DNA of 37,150 bases. Origin: Lutibacter sp. GTDB lineage: Bacteria > Bacteroidota > Bacteroidia > Flavobacteriales > Flavobacteriaceae. The translations under genes were made by a program, and so were the position numbers. Shown here one piece after another: positions 36,488 through 37,150 of the stretch (positions within the stretch are counted from its first letter, which is position 1; each line of letters begins with the position of its first letter). The stretch lies in NCBI GenBank assembly GCA_004195315.1, contig SDWL01000001.1, forward strand, positions 1-37,150. The letters run 5' to 3'. Under the pieces are notes generated by a model. That model ran no database searches. It was given only the letters and a program-made list of their open reading frames with translations, and was not told where the DNA came from.

Positions 36488-37150
36488 TTAATATATGTTA
36501 TAGTATGCGTTTATATTTGCTTCAATTCCTGATTTATTGATAGTTTGGTCGGAACTATATACTATAAATTCCTTTAACTTACTTTTTGCTGAATGTGAAT
36601 TTAATGTATAAATATCAGGTATTGGTTTTAAATTCCAAGTTCCATTTGCAGAAAAATCAATATTTGAAATAGTTATTAAAACATCTTGATTTATAACATA
36701 ATTATCATATAAATCATTTCTTGTAGCTGACGGAATTAAAGCGTTATTCTTATGATATAAAGGTGAGCCACAACCTACGTGAGGTGAAGTATTAGCACCA
36801 TTATCCATAACACCTAAAAATACGGTTGAAAACGCATCATATATAATACCTGCTCCAATTTCATCTGAATTACGAACTGCAAATAAAGTTCCGTTAGTGT
36901 TGTTTAAACCTGTTGTTCCAAAAATATTAAAGTCGCTTTTTATTTCATCACCTGTATAATTTATATAAGGTAATCCATTTTCAATAAGTAATACGCCATT
37001 AGAAACTATTAAATTAAAATTTCCTAAAATTTCTAAATCTGTTCCTGTAATGCCACCACTTTGCTCGTACCATATAGTTACATAACCATTACCAGCTCCA
37101 ACCCAAGTTTCTAAAGTACCGTCTGTTATTTCAGTTTGTGTAACATCTAT
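36488..37150 (-). CDS. 3' part of the junction-spanning fibre-like protein
   Basis: frame open from the window end to 36488; track ORF 36488..36808 is only its C-terminus (KEFIVYSSDQ...IEANINAYYNIY). Confidence 0.75.
   Translation of the reverse strand: MDVTQTEITDGTLETWVGAGNGYVTIWYEQSGGITGTDLEILGNFNLIVSNGVLLIENGLPYINYTGDEIKSDFNIFGTTGLNNTNGTLFAVRNSDEIGAGIIYDAFSTVFLGVMDNGANTSPHVGCGSPLYHKNNALIPSATRNDLYDNYVINQDVLITISNIDFSANGTWNLKPIPDIYTLNSHSAKSKLKEFIVYSSDQTINKSGIEANINAYYNIY
37052..37150. repeat. 99-bp exact terminal direct repeat (right copy)
   Basis: identical to 1-99. Confidence 0.95.

Noticed and set aside
37052-37150. 99-bp terminal repeat as a biological DTR or att site
   Set aside because: It falls in the middle of an uninterrupted gene and 99 is a common assembler k-mer size, so it is best explained as a circularisation overlap
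1-37150. Stop-codon reassignment (alternative genetic code)
   Set aside because: Long genes are intact and densely packed under the standard code, and TAA, TAG and TGA are all used as stops

Overview
This looks like a complete, circular-mapping ~37.05 kb AT-rich tailed phage genome. Bases 1-99 are repeated exactly at 37052-37150, most likely an assembly overlap. Bacteroidota-type promoters (TTG-N19-TAnnTTTG) and a DUF3127-like gene suggest a Flavobacteriia host; a long tape measure and no sheath gene suggest a siphovirus. The minus strand (19254 down to 264, continuing across the junction to 35431) carries terminase, tail, tape measure, Clp-type prohead protease, capsid, portal, fibre and lysis genes. 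The plus strand (19676-35302) carries early, recombination and replication genes (Rad52/Sak-like, DUF3127 SSB-like, NinG, initiator, primase-helicase). I found no integrase, repressor or DNA polymerase. The main unexplained structure is a ~5.9 kb array (27402-33284) behind a consensus promoter: 15 attC-like AAC...GTT hairpin segments strictly alternate with 15 GTT...AAC hairpin segments. The arms pair through G:T wobbles on the + strand, segment lengths cluster in discrete classes, and several small ORFs read through the GTT core. This suggests an integrase-less, integron-like cassette and domain-shuffling system. Also noted: a candidate structured ncRNA upstream of the terminase operon, a kissing-loop attenuator upstream of the replication genes, a G13 tract in a fibre gene, and three genes lacking a canonical start at the expected position. 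All protein calls come from recalled motifs and all pairings and coordinates were read by hand; no searches were run.
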